From Octopus sinensis (taxonomy: Eukaryota): 64,000 bases of DNA. Location of the stretch: positions 21,452,001 to 21,516,000 of the forward strand of contig NC_043009.1 in the NCBI RefSeq assembly GCF_006345805.1. The letters are read 5' to 3'. The notes below the pieces were generated by a model, which did no database searches, was not told where the DNA came from, and worked only from the letters and a program-made list of their open reading frames with translations. Within the stretch, counting starts at the first letter, position 1, and each line of letters starts with the position of its first letter. The position numbers and the translations under genes are program-made. This document shows positions 37,382 through 50,142 of the stretch, piece by piece.

Positions 37382-37802
37382 AAAGTGAGATAGGGGTTAT
37401 AGTTATCCCACTATGGGATATCAGTTATCCAATATACTGCTAGTGAAGTGCCCACAAGGTACTTCACTAGCAGTATAAATGCTTATAATTGCAATGCAAT
37501 TAATTCATTTATTGTATTAGATGGGCGAAGGTAAAATATTTTACCTCAAAATCATAATACATATAAAAAATGGAGGAACAGATTCCTTTCAATCATCAAC
37601 TTACAGATAATACCAATTCATATTATTTATTAACTACTTAAATAGGAACATCCAAATCCAACAGAAAAAAATATGTTCTGTTTTTTTTTTCTGCTGGATT
37701 TGGATGTTCCTATTTAAGTAGTTAAATAAATAATATGAATTGGTATTATCTGTAAGTCGATGATTGAAAGGAATCTGTTCCTCCATTTTCTTATTTGTAT
37801 TA
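37378..37802. repeat. Second copy of the head plus foldback element
   Basis: Near-perfect ~115 bp inverted arms at 37554-37670 and 37684-37802 around a ~12 nt loop. Homologous to 11494-12355. Confidence 0.85.
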
Positions 37803-37939
37803 TATATATATATATGTATGTATGTATGTATGTATATATATATATATATATGTATGTACGAAAAAAAAACAAAAGATGAAGATAGGTGGTGTACAAAACA
37901 AACAGATGTATTAGTATAATGCTCAGGAAAAGAAAAAGT

Positions 37940-37975
37940 CTTTTACGTTTCGAGCCTATGCTCTTCTACAGAAAG
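37940..37975 (-). ncRNA. Hammerhead-like motif with an altered core
   Basis: CUUU-CUGUAGAA-GAGC-AUAG-GCUC-GAAAC-GUA-AAAG: stems I and II pair and GAAAC/GUA is intact, but the CUGANGA box is non-canonical. Confidence 0.55.
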
Positions 37976-39373
37976 GGACACAGGAAAAACAAGGAGAGAA
38001 AAAATGTGTGTAGTGGCTAACGATCTATCTATATAAATAGATAGATATGTATGTAGACACATACAACTTGCTTCTTTCAGTTTTTATAAACCAAATTCAC
38101 TCATAAGACATTGGCTGGCCCAGGGCTATAAATAGAAGATATTTTCCCCATTACTACACAGTGGGATTGAACCTGGAACAACATGGTTGGGAAGTGAAAA
38201 TTTTACTCTTCAGTAGTTTTTGTTCAATGTCACTAAAGCAATTACATTTTTACTTATTTCAGCTCAAGAACTGTGGCCATGCTGAGGCCCCACCATTTAA
38301 AAGTGAGATGCTTACAGCACCTAAGTTTCTAAGCAGTCACTTATCTAAGTACCAATTAGGCTCAACTTTGCTTAACTTTGGTGATTGGACATGAACCACA
38401 GCCACTCATACGCCTATTTTAATACGCTTTATTTTAATACTTTCATAAACATCAGACCTAATAAGTTGTATTTAAAATAAAATTTGTTTTAATTTCCACA
38501 AAATTTTTAAAATTGAAAAAGAATAAAAAATTAAAACATCGAGAGCAATAACTCAAACATCAAACTAAAAGTAAGCAACAACGGTTTTAAAAAAATGATA
38601 AAATTAGTTTTATTCTTTCTTTCTTTTATTCAAAGGCTCATTTTTGTCAGTTGTTTTTTTCTTTTTTTTAATTGAGAATTTTTTATTTATTGAAAAAAGA
38701 AAAAAAAATCTTTTTTTTGGGGTCTGATACGACCTGACCTGATAAACAACCTAAGCAAACTGATAACTTGAGATCAGAATTTTTACATGAATTTGTTCAG
38801 TATAGTTTGCATAAGTAGATGTAGATTGGTGGACAAACAGAGGCTGTAGAATAGGTTTGCTTCCAGTTTGAACAATTTTGCTTCATTTATACCTCCTCAA
38901 ACCTGAAATTTCCGGCTGTAGAACAATAAAATAGCCAGTAGAGGGATGCACTCTACCAGACAAACTTCCTTTTACTAACACAATATGTGAAGCCAGCATT
39001 TCCCTGATAAAACCAACAACCGTTTCATTAATTAAAAAATTTTAAAAAGAGGTCATGGAAAATTCATTTTAAATAAAGTTTCAATAAGAGAAATGTTTCA
39101 GTTTTATTTATTTTTCACCAGGCTCTGTAACTCGTAACCTATTATTTTTACCCTCACCCTAAAAATGTTACTGATACAGGTACAACACCAACTTTCTGGA
39201 CCCTGATGGTCTGGAACCCCTTTTAATCTACACTAATTTATGAGCAGGAACTTCAAATCCCTGTGGTCACTAGACTAGTTTACTGGTACCATGTACAGCA
39301 CAGTATCAATAAATTTGTATTATTTATACTAATGTATAAGTACCATTATTTTTATTTAAACATTTAAGAAAGT

Positions 39374-39470
39374 TTAATATTTGTTGATGAAGGTGACCAC
39401 ACCTGGTTCAGAAAGATCAGTGAACTGAAAAGGCTTTGGAGCTAAGGGTTCCAGAACATCAATGTTGTAG
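39374..39470 (-). CDS. Last coding exon of an unidentified protein-coding gene
   Basis: A ~55 nt polypyrimidine tract ends ...cttttctctatatttcttatacAG, followed by one nt and YNIDVLEPLAPKPFQFTDLSEPGVVTFINKY-TAA. An AT-rich UTR-like sequence follows. Confidence 0.7.
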
Positions 39471-40884
39471 CTGTATAAGAAATATAGAGAAAAGTGAAGT
39501 AAAGAACTCGAACCAGAAAAAGAAAAACCAGATTGTGGATTCGACACTCCTGGATCTTAACTGTTAACTCTAGTAGGAAATGAAGGAGGACATATGAATT
39601 AACAATGCTGTTTGGTATGTTAGGAATAATGGAAAAAAAAAAAAAAAAAGGAAAAGATTTGACATTTCAGAGACGTTCATGCAACTAAATATTAACAATG
39701 ATAAAGATAGCCAGAAATTTGTGGTGAGGTGAGTGCAATTGATCTAAGCCAGTACTTTAGATACATTTATTTTATTGATTCCCAATAAAGATTTGAATTT
39801 AGAACTTAATGAGATGTATGACTAAATTATTTAGTTATATGTCCCTTTACGTTTTAGGGATTTAGTTAGGCACCCTACAGTGGCAATATTTCTTGGTTGC
39901 TCTTGTGAACTATTACCTCCCACCCTTTGCAATCAGACATATCTAATTGCATATACAATCAGGAATGTACTTACTACAAATGTCCACATTTGAGTACATG
40001 TATAACTGTATGGTTAAGAAGTCCATTTTGCAACTATGTGGTTTAAGGTTCGATCCCAATGCACGGTACCTTGGATAATTTTTTTTTCATCCTTACCAAA
40101 GCCTAATGGGTGGAATTTAGTGGACAGAAACAATGACGATACCATTAAGCAATAACATTTCCTCTTCTTGGGGTGTAAATTTATGTATCATCAAGTTTAG
40201 TGCCACCGACACTTAACTTTTGAGTGCCATAAATAGAGTGCACTCTGTTGCAGGCATTGGAGGCACATCTCCAACCTGTGAATAATTCCCTCTACCATTA
40301 GTCTGTAAACCTAGAAAGAGTCTATGAAAACAGCTGTTCTTCTGACTAAGCTAGTGAAGGGAAATTTCATCTCACTAGTCTTGAAAGGTTTATGGAAATT
40401 ATTGATCCTATGTCCTTTCTGCTTAGTAAACCATAAAAAAATAAAAATAAAAAGTTGACTCCTTTGTTCTTTATTACTTTGCCAAATTCTGTTAAAACTA
40501 AAATGTATATTAAAAAAAAATTGTGAAACCCACTGCAATATAGTACTGGTACATCTGACACTGATACATAGGAGAAAGACTGTTAACCTTTTTAATTCCA
40601 TATCCATCTGAAAGTACCCAAACTAAAGGCCTCATCATTATATAACCATGATTAGATTAAGCCTTTTGATACCAACATGTCTGAGGTTATTCTTGGATCT
40701 ATGATAGAAACTTACTACTTTAAAGTGATCTAAATTAAAATCTTCCACAAAATTTCATGTTAATTTATGTTCCTAACAACAGATTAATTAATGACAAAGT
40801 TATTTTATTAAATGCTTCGTACTTTCCCGAATTAATTGAAACAAAGGCAGTGTGTGTCATAAATCTGGCAACGAGAAGGTTTAA

Positions 40885-41104
40885 CCCTTTAGTATTCAGA
40901 TTATTCTGTCAAAAGTAATGCTTATTTATTCACATTGTTTTGATTTAATCATGGCTTATCTCATAGCTTCGAGATTTCAATGATGTGATTGATTGTTTTT
41001 AGAATGACATTTTAGGGTACATGTGAGAGGTCAGATCTGGCTGGTCTGAACATAAAATGGGTGGAATGTTTGGGCCGGATATAGCCGGTTTAAATGCTAA
41101 AGGG
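40885..41104. mobile_element. piggyBac-type MITE
   Basis: TTAA at 40881-40884 and 41105-41108; TIRs ccctttagtatt / aatgctaaaggg. A diverged copy lies near 48712-48937. Confidence 0.8.
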
Positions 41105-41759
41105 TTAAATAACAAATGTGTTATTAGATCAATAAGCATTCGATTAAAATAACGATATGCATAAAAATGTAAATAGAAAGAATGGTGCTAAATGTAATTT
41201 TCTGTTGGAGAAAAACTTCTCTTAACAGATTTTGTATGTTAAAAACAGAGTTTGCACAGAATGTTCATATTTAGGTGAAAATAGCTCAAAATTTAATAAC
41301 CAGGTTGATATCACAAGATTTCAGTTTGTCAACACCAACATAATATACCAGAATATTTAACTTACAAATATTTTGGTAAATTTTTCTAAACATCTTGATT
41401 ATAATAAAGAAAAATAATTGAAATAAGTGGCAGTCTACTCATAAGAGAAGTATAACCATAGAAGGGTTACAGAATGAAATTATGTTACGATAAAGTTTTT
41501 ACTTCAACAGACTACTATTTTTATAGCATCTCACTACTTAGGAAAGGGAATAAAAAATTTAAGGCAGATGGGTGGCAGATCACATAATGTCCCCTCGATC
41601 AAAATCCTACTGAGTTGGTCGTTAACACAAAATATATGAACTGATTCAATAGAATATATTCTTCCCTGGAAACAATGACAGCAATTATTTGATAAGTCAC
41701 TGTTCCAAGATGGAATCTTATAGGTACAAAGCTTACTTTTCAATCAATGTAGATCAATA

Positions 41760-42600
41760 ATAATTCTTTCTACTATAGACACAAGGCCTGAAATTTTGGA
41801 TGATGGAGCTAGTGGATAACACCAACACCAAAAGGATGAAAGGCAAAATCAACTTCAGGGGGATTAATGTGGAATTCAGAATGCAAACACAGATGAAATA
41901 CCACTAAGCATTTTGTCTTGTGTTCTAATAATGATTCTACCAGCTCACCACCATCGTAATAGTGATCCTTTCTACTAAAAGTACAAGACCTGAAATTCTG
42001 GGGGAGGGGATTAGTTGATTACATTGACCCCTGTCTGTAACTGGTACTTAATTGACCCTGAAAGGATAAAAGGTAGACTTCGATGGAATTTGAACTCAGA
42101 ACATAAAGACACATAAATGCCACTCAGCATTTTGCCTGGCATGCTAACGATTCTGCCAGCTCGCAGCCTTAATAATAATAATGATCCTTTCTACTATAGG
42201 CACAAGGCCTGAAATTTTGAGGGAGGGGACTAGTCGATTACATCAACCCCAGTGCTTCACTGGTACTTCTTTCATCGACCACAAAAAGGATGAAATGCAA
42301 GGTTAATCATGATGGAATTTGAACTCAGAATGTAGTGACAGACAAAATACCGCTAAGCATTTCACCTGGCATGCTAATGACTCTGCTAGCTTGCCACTTT
42401 AATAATAATAACCCTTTCTACTATAGGCACAAGGCCTGAAATTTGGAGGAGGGGTATAGTCAATTACATCAACCCCAATGTTTCACTGGTACTTAATTTA
42501 TTGACCCCCCAAAAGGATGAAAGGCAAAGTGAACCTCGGTGGTATTTCAACTTGGAATGAAACAACAGACGAAATACCACTAAATAATAATAATAATAAT
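41760..42600 (-). mobile_element. Four stacked head-to-tail SINE copies
   Basis: tttctacta(t/a)a(g/a)...acaag(g/a)cctgaaat recurs near 41765, 41968, 42188 and 42415, separated by (TAA)n-like tails. Same family as 33052. Confidence 0.85.
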
Positions 42601-43240
42601 AATAAATTATTTCTAACAGACATGAAATCACAAATTTAGGGAGAAATGGGGCAACTGATTATATTGATCTTATAAACTTTATTTTATCAAACCAGAAGAA
42701 TGAAAATGAAAGTTTACCCCCAGCCTGATTTCAGCTCACAATTTAAGTTTAAATCTGGCTGAGGCTACCTTTACCATTCATCCTTCTGGAGTCAAAATAT
42801 AATGCCAATCATGGACAGGTGTTCTTTTGACTAACCCCTCCTACAAAATTTCTTACCTTACACCCATATAAGAAATAATTATTATATAGTGTGCTAGAGT
42901 TTATAAGCCATACCCTACTCTCCAACAAACTTTTGACCTTGTACCTATTTAAAATAAAATAAATAAATCAATAATTAAACAAACAAAAACAAGTTACTAA
43001 AGGCTTATTTTGTAGCAAAGAGAAATCATACAAATGAATTCCAAATGAATGCACTTCTTTTTTTTTAAATTACAAAAAGTCCCTTCAAAGTGAGAGGCAC
43101 AGGCAAGCTAGTGCAAAAAGAAAAAAAAAACATTTAGTTGTTTCATGTGCTCTTGGAGGAGGACACTGAGGCAGCAGTCAGAAAGCTGAAGTAAACAGAC
43201 ATTACATTAAATGCTGATTTATTTTGCTTTAAGTCTAACT

Positions 43241-43560
43241 TCCTGTAAACACAGTAGCACAGAAGACTGCATCACTGAGCCAGCTCTGAAATGCACGATA
43301 CATGATCTGCACTAATTTTGTTTACATTCATTTGAAGAAAGTGGGAACTCTCTCATGTAACGGACCAAAATTCTAATCCCTTTATCATTAATTTCCTATA
43401 CAACAGAGCACAACAAAGAACTGCATCAGCCAGTCTGTCCTGAAATGTATGATACCACAAGAATTATACTAACCCTGCTTACATTCATTTTGACTCGCTT
43501 CTATCATACATTTCTGTTCTGTAACAAAATTCTTACATGACTGGGCTTTTGACTTAGAAG
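43241..43560 (-). ncRNA. Tandem pair of structured-RNA candidates (H/ACA snoRNA-like or pri-miRNA-like)
   Basis: Two homologous ~155 nt units. AAAUGA at 43333-43328 and 43490-43485; terminal ACAGGA at 43246-43241 and AUAGGA at 43399-43394. Long hairpin at 43325-43245. Confidence 0.45.
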
Positions 43561-46500
43561 ACTTTCAACAGGATGTTAAACATTAAAGAGAATGAAGGTG
43601 AGGAAATACCTTTAATGTGTGTGCATGTAAGAAATACAGAATGAACTGGTTTATGAATACAATAAATGAATTACTAACTTTAACAGTCTCTGATTTAAAC
43701 CCAGTGAAGTGAATATTTTCATAGGAGAGAATTAAATGTTTAGCTGGTTCACTTAATTAATAAGCACCTTATAAAGGAATTGGTAGCAGGCAACATCTGT
43801 AGATAACTTTTCTACCCTGATTGAGAGATTGACAGCACATCATGAAACCCAATGCAAACTTAAACAGTGATCATTTTAGAATCTTGAAATGCTATGACTC
43901 CAAGAGAGAGAGAGAAAGGAAACAGCAGAACTAACAGTCTGGATCAAAGTTCAAACTAGTAATGTATTTTTGTTTATTTGAACCGTGTAATTTTAAACAT
44001 TTTATTTAACTATGGTTAGTGTAGACTGTAGTACCCTAATCAGCAGACAATAGACCATTTTTAATTTTATATCTATTTTATTGACTGCAAAGAGTTTCAT
44101 TTTGAAAAATTACTTTCACCTGTACCTTTTTCCTGTACATATCTTAGTTATATGGTTTTCTTTTGCATTGGGAATTTTGTTGGTGGTGTGCAGGATACCC
44201 TAGTCCTTGGAAAAATTGTTTTGCATGAGACTGATCTGTGATGCCAAAAAATTGGGGCCAGTGCTGTAGGGGATATGTATTAGATAATCTGAGAATATCA
44301 CCCCTAATAAACTTATTCTACTGAGAGAGAGAAACTTTTCTCATTTATTTTACATTCAGACTCTGGAACTAAGCTCTTGCCACGAGAAGTCTGTAAAGGG
44401 TTTTGGCAATTAAGGAGTGAAAAGGGATGAGTTTTGGAATGTTTGGAGACAAAGGTGAGATGGTGAGCCAAATAATAATTATAAAAAATGCAACAAATGG
44501 TTTAAATAAACATACGCACGCACAAAAAAGAAAAAGAGAAAAAAAATATATACTTTTGGCACACATGTTTGTGAAAATACATAAAAGATTTTATAAAATG
44601 TGATGATGTTGAGTTACAAATTACAAAATAAAAAGAGAGAAAAGGAACGGTTTCAATCAATGTAGCCATTGGAAATAAATAGATCAATACAAACAAAATA
44701 TGGTGTGGGGGAAGGGGAGATTTAATCAGATAAAAATGGAGAGAAATTTTTGAAAATTTTTTTGATGTAATTGAAAAAAAAAAAAAAATTGAATTTATAT
44801 CACATTTTTTATTTTCTTTTTCTTATTCTCTGTTTCTATGAAGAAAATTTGACGAATGCAAAATTAAGAATTATATGAGTAGTAAATATTTTTTGTTTAC
44901 TTTTATTGTTATTAAATTTTCTTTTTTGCTTCTTTTTTGATGGTTTATTTTATTTTATTTTTTTCTTAAAAGATGTCTGCAGTTAAAGAGCCAAAAGATG
45001 TAACATGACATTTTAAATAATCATAATTTAGTGATTTAGACAAAGCTGTTTTGTTATAATGGCAATAAATGGACCAGAGGCAGAGGTTGGGTCAGAGCTG
45101 AGAGGGGGGAAAAAAAAAAGAAATATTCATTAAAAAGAAAACCCACAAATAGAGATTATGTGATGAGTCATCATTTAAAGGCTGTGTGGATATGAAATAA
45201 TGCAAGAAAAGTTTAACAATTTTATTGCTGTCATTGAGTGGAGAAAAGAAAAAGAGTAAACAGCTTTTATTTTTTTCCTTTTTTTTATAGCAGTGCTATG
45301 CCATGTTAGAAAAAGTGGAGGGAGCCATCATCAGCTTTATTTAGTTTGAAAAAGTAAAAAAATTAAGAAAAAAAAAGTGGTTGGGTGATACAATGGAATC
45401 CATCACTACATCACAACTCTATGCAACTCCTTAATTAACTTTTCCAAAGTTCTTAATAACAGGCAGCACTGGTCAACCCACATTTATAAATAGTCCATAA
45501 TAAGTATTGTCCCTGTAGATGACCAGCTCTAAAGGCTTGTCTAAAATTTCCTTTAGTTTACATAAAAATAATTCCTGGTAATAAAGGATTTTGAATCCAC
45601 ATTTATAAATAAATAGTGTTTTGAGTGCTGTTCCTATAAATGGCATTTTTTATTATCTTAAGCTCTAAAGGGTGGTCTAAAATTTTCTTTTGTCTACTCA
45701 AGAAAATTTATTGTAATAAGGATTTTAATTAGTGTTTTCTGCTAATTTGAAAGAGCAGTAGCTGGCTGAATTTGTAGAGAATGATTTTTATTTCTCCTTT
45801 CACTTTTAACCCCAAGTCAGCCTTGATCACATGGACCTCTGGTGAATGGCATCACAGTTATGTAGCAGCCCAGTCTTATTTTTAGAGACATAATATATCT
45901 AGGACTACGTTAACCAATGTTTCCTTCTTTTAAGGCAGTAGAGTGTGATTTGAGGAAGATTTGGCTATTATTTCAAGTAGATCAAGTACAACCACATAAA
46001 CTCCTTCATCGGTTCTTTAATAAAGTGTTGTTTGAACTGCTGACAAAGGGACCTACAATTAACATCCCTTTGGCACCATTCTTGTCAGTTGGTCACACAA
46101 CCCATTGAACCTAGCTATAAATGGATACTCTGGAGAGGCACAGCTTACTATCTGTTTGTTGTAGCCTTGTACAGGGCATTTCATAATTTTGCAGTGCTGA
46201 GTTCAAATCCTTTTATGACATGAGTGTTACTTTTTCCTAAGTACACCAATTGATCTTTTCTCATTTTCATCAATGAGCATTTAGTTGTTTGTTCAATGCT
46301 CAATTGGATACCAGACATGATAAATTAATGTGTAAGTATTCCACAGACTCATGTACCCTTAATATAAATTCCAAATCAAAACCAGCATGACAATATGTGA
46401 TGAAACTGGAGCTTTGAATCCCAAATATAATCCATCTAACAGGCCCCAAATATTTCTATTGACCAAAAATTCTCTCAAGGTTTGGGATGGCCTAAGACTA

Positions 46501-48259
46501 TAGTAAAATGACATCTGTACAAGATTTTGCAGATTGGGATGGAAACCAAGACCTTATAGTTGCAGGACAAACCTAACCATTCAACCATGCCTGTGTCCAC
46601 ATAATTCATTACATTATTAAGATGGAAGTTTTTAGGTGGGCTCCCTAAATCTCAAAAAAGTTTAGGGGACCCATATAAACTCTACACAGACACTGGGTGA
46701 AGGCATGTAGCCTAGTAGTTAGGGTGTCACACTCATGATCACAAGATTATGGTTTCAATACTCAGATTAGATGGTATATTGTGTTCTTGAGAAAAGTCAT
46801 AAGCGCATCAGATAAATTGCTTTATAGTATTCAGCAGAACTAATTACAGTTACAATCCCAAGAGTAAGAAAGAGTAAGGAAGAAAGAATGACATTCAAAT
46901 TATGAAAAGGAAAGAAGACTTGGGTAGAATGTGAACTCAGAGAGCACAGAAGTGAATACTGTAAAGAAATGTGGCTGATGCTCTAATGACTTTGCCAATA
47001 TGCCTCACCATCAATGTCATCGTCATCTATTTTATCAGGATTGTATGGAGCAGACAGGATTCATTGAAGCAGATTTTCTATTGCTGGATGCTCTTCCTGT
47101 CACTAAACTTCACTTGTTGATTAGAAATAAATGACAGCACTTGTATTATGGTGATGCTCCTTAACAACCATCATGTGCAATGCTAAGAGGAGGTGACACC
47201 CCCCTCACACACACATGGCTTCTTTCAGTTTCTGTCTACCAAATCTTCTCACAAAGCTTTGGTTGGCCCAGGGCTATAAGAAGAAGACATTTTCCCAAAG
47301 TGTCATGCAGTGAGATTGAACTCAAAATCATGTGGTTGGGAAGTGAATTTATTAACCACAGTTACGCTTCCTTTCTAATAAATGTGGAATAGTGAAAATT
47401 TAAGTATGTGTATGCACATTAGTCTATCAGAATGAGTGACTGAGAGTGTGTATGTGTTTTAATGAGTTTGTACCTTATAATTAGAAGGAACTACAAAAAA
47501 AAAAAGAAAAAAAAGAAAAAGAAACACAAAAAAAAAAACTTCAGAGTTTTCTCTCTATAAATTACTAAATTTCAAAATTCATTCCTGTTACTATTGGATA
47601 GCATTCCGGATATCACATAACAATAATAAATAAATAATTAAGTAAAAAAAAAAACAGAAAAAAAATTAAATAAACAGTTAAAAGATATCTGAAGTAAATT
47701 GTGTGTGTATTAAGTTTTGTGAATAACAAATAAAATAAAAAACAAACAGAATTTATCTTTGCAACTCATACAATTTTCAGATCTATATATTTTGTTTATC
47801 CAAAATGGCGGTACCCCAGCATGGCCACAGCTCGTGAGCTTGAAACTAGATGAAATGAAATGAAATAATCCTTTAGCCTTTAAACCAGCTCTATATTGCC
47901 CAACTATCCTATCTGTTTTATATTCAAACTGATCTGGCCTTTCACACCTACCCTACAATGCCATTCTAAAACAAACAATCATATCATATCAAAATCTCAA
48001 AACTACAAAATAATCTATGAGGAGTCCAAAACAAGGCGTATAAACAAACATGATCTGAATGTTATAGGGTTAAGAATGATTATGTGTGAGTATCAACCAA
48101 AAGAAAAGGGGTTTATATGTTCAAGCTGTGTCCTCAGTCATCATTTCTGCAAATACTAGCTAACAGTATGGATGGACAGTTTTCTTACAATTTTCGGTTT
48201 GTATGGAGGTGACTTAACCCAAGGCAAATGTTGTTGGGAAGGGAATTTTTTTAACTATA

Positions 48260-48640
48260 CTATCATCATCATTTAACGTCCGCTTTCCATGCTAGCATGA
48301 GTTGGACGATTTGACTGAGGTCTAGCAAACCAGATGGCTGCACCAGGCTCCAGTCTGATCTGGCAGAGTTTCTACAGCTGGATGCCCTTCCTAACGCCAA
48401 CCATTCTGAGAGTATAGTGGGTGCTTTTACATGCCACAGGCACGAGGGCCAGTCAGGCGGTACTGGCAACGGCCACGCTTAAATGATGCTTTTTATGTGC
48501 CACCTGCACATGGAGCCAGTCCAGTGGCACTGGCAACGACCTTGCTTGAATGTTTTTTCACGTGCCACCAGCACAAGTGCCAGTAAGGCGACACAGGTAA
48601 CGATCATACTCATATGGTGCTTTTTATGTGCAATCGGCTC
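48260..48640 (-). mobile_element. RTE 3' UTR with (GAT)n tail
   Basis: Reverse complement of 780-1060, ending in catcatcatttaacgtccgctttccatgc on the plus strand. Confidence 0.8.
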
Positions 48641-49699
48641 GGAAGAGGAACTTACGTGTGTGCATGATTATTTGTGAGTGAGTATTTTAATTAGTCACTG
48701 TCTTATAATTAACCTTTTAGCATTCAGATTATTTTGTCAAATGTAAATGTTTATTTATTCACATTGCTTTCAATTAATTGTGAATTATCTCATAATTTTA
48801 AAGTTTCAGTGATATGACTGATTTAATTTTAGAATGACAATGTAGAGTAGATGTGAGAGGCTGGGCGTGTCCAGTTTGAATAAAAAACAGAAAGAATATT
48901 TGGGCTGGATATGGCTGGTTTGATTGCTAATGGGTTAGAAAAAATTACACTCTTTCAAACCATCATAATGAAGAAATAAATGTAACATTGAACTTACTAA
49001 GCTTACTATATATTTTAAAAGATATTTGTTGTGTGTATATATGTGTGTGTGTGTGAGAGAGAGAAAGATGAGAAACTGATAAGAGACACTTCATTTTACT
49101 TGTTACACTAGAGAATTGAAAATAAAAAGAGATATGTATTAATGATATTGGTTTCAAGTTTGCGATTTTGGCACAAGGCCAACAAATTCAGGGATGGGGG
49201 TAAGTCAATTGTAAAAACCCCCAGTGTTCAACTGGTACTTATTTTACCAGCCCTGAAAGGGATGAAAGGCAAAAATCAACCATGGCAGAATTTGAACTCA
49301 GAATGCAAAGATAGATGAAATGTCACTAAGCATTTTGCCCCGCCTGCCAACAATTTTGCCAGCTCACCACCCTAGTATGTAATAATAAAAAAAATAAAGA
49401 TATTTCATTTGAAAAATTTTTTCTATATAAAAGAATTCGCAGTTTCCTCCATTTGTCCTGTAAATTTATTTTTTGTTAAATATTTTTTTCTTTTTTTTTT
49501 TAAATCGGGGCACACAAGGGGCAGGTGTTTATGAAACGAGATTATTTTATTCTCAAAGGGTTAATCACTAAAAGCATTTCCTTTGTGCACTCCTTCCCAA
49601 CTAACGACAAAGAAATGGAAAAATAAAAAGTCAAAAAGAAGAAAAATAGTTTCTAATACAAAAAATTTTATAGAAACAAAATTCTTTCTAATTTTGATA

Positions 49700-50106
49700 G
49701 AAGGCCAAACATTTTGAGGGGAGAGATCTAATTGTACTTGACTTGGTACATGATTTTTATTGATTCAGAAGGGATGAAAAGCTAAGTCAACCATGGCAGA
49801 ATTTGAACCCAGAATGTAAAGAGCTTGAAGAAATGTTGCTCAGTCTGGCATGATAATGGTTTCACCAGTTTGCTGCCTTAATAATAATACTAATCCTTTC
49901 TACTGAAAGCACAAGGCCTGAAATTTGGTGGGAGGGGACTAGTTGATTACATTGACCCCAGTATTTTGCTGGTACTTGATTTATCAACCCTGAAAGGATG
50001 AAAGGCAAAGTCGACCTCAGCGGAATTTGAACTCAGAACATGAAGACAGACCAAATGCTGTTAAGCATTTTGTCCAGCATGCTAATGATTCTGCCAGCTC
50101 ACCACC

Positions 50107-50142
<36 letters not shown>

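Noticed and set aside
38700-38905. Extra terminal exon LRRYK* on the minus strand
   Set aside because: It lies downstream of the stop at 39374 and has a weak pyrimidine tract; more simply 3' UTR.
40146-40607. Minus-strand exon candidates at 40607-40530 and 40276-40146
   Set aside because: Acceptors are plausible, but frames close or donors are weak, and joined peptides are not convincing.
44360-44454. Selenocysteine-containing exon (single TGA in one frame)
   Set aside because: No recognisable selenoprotein motif and no SECIS identified.
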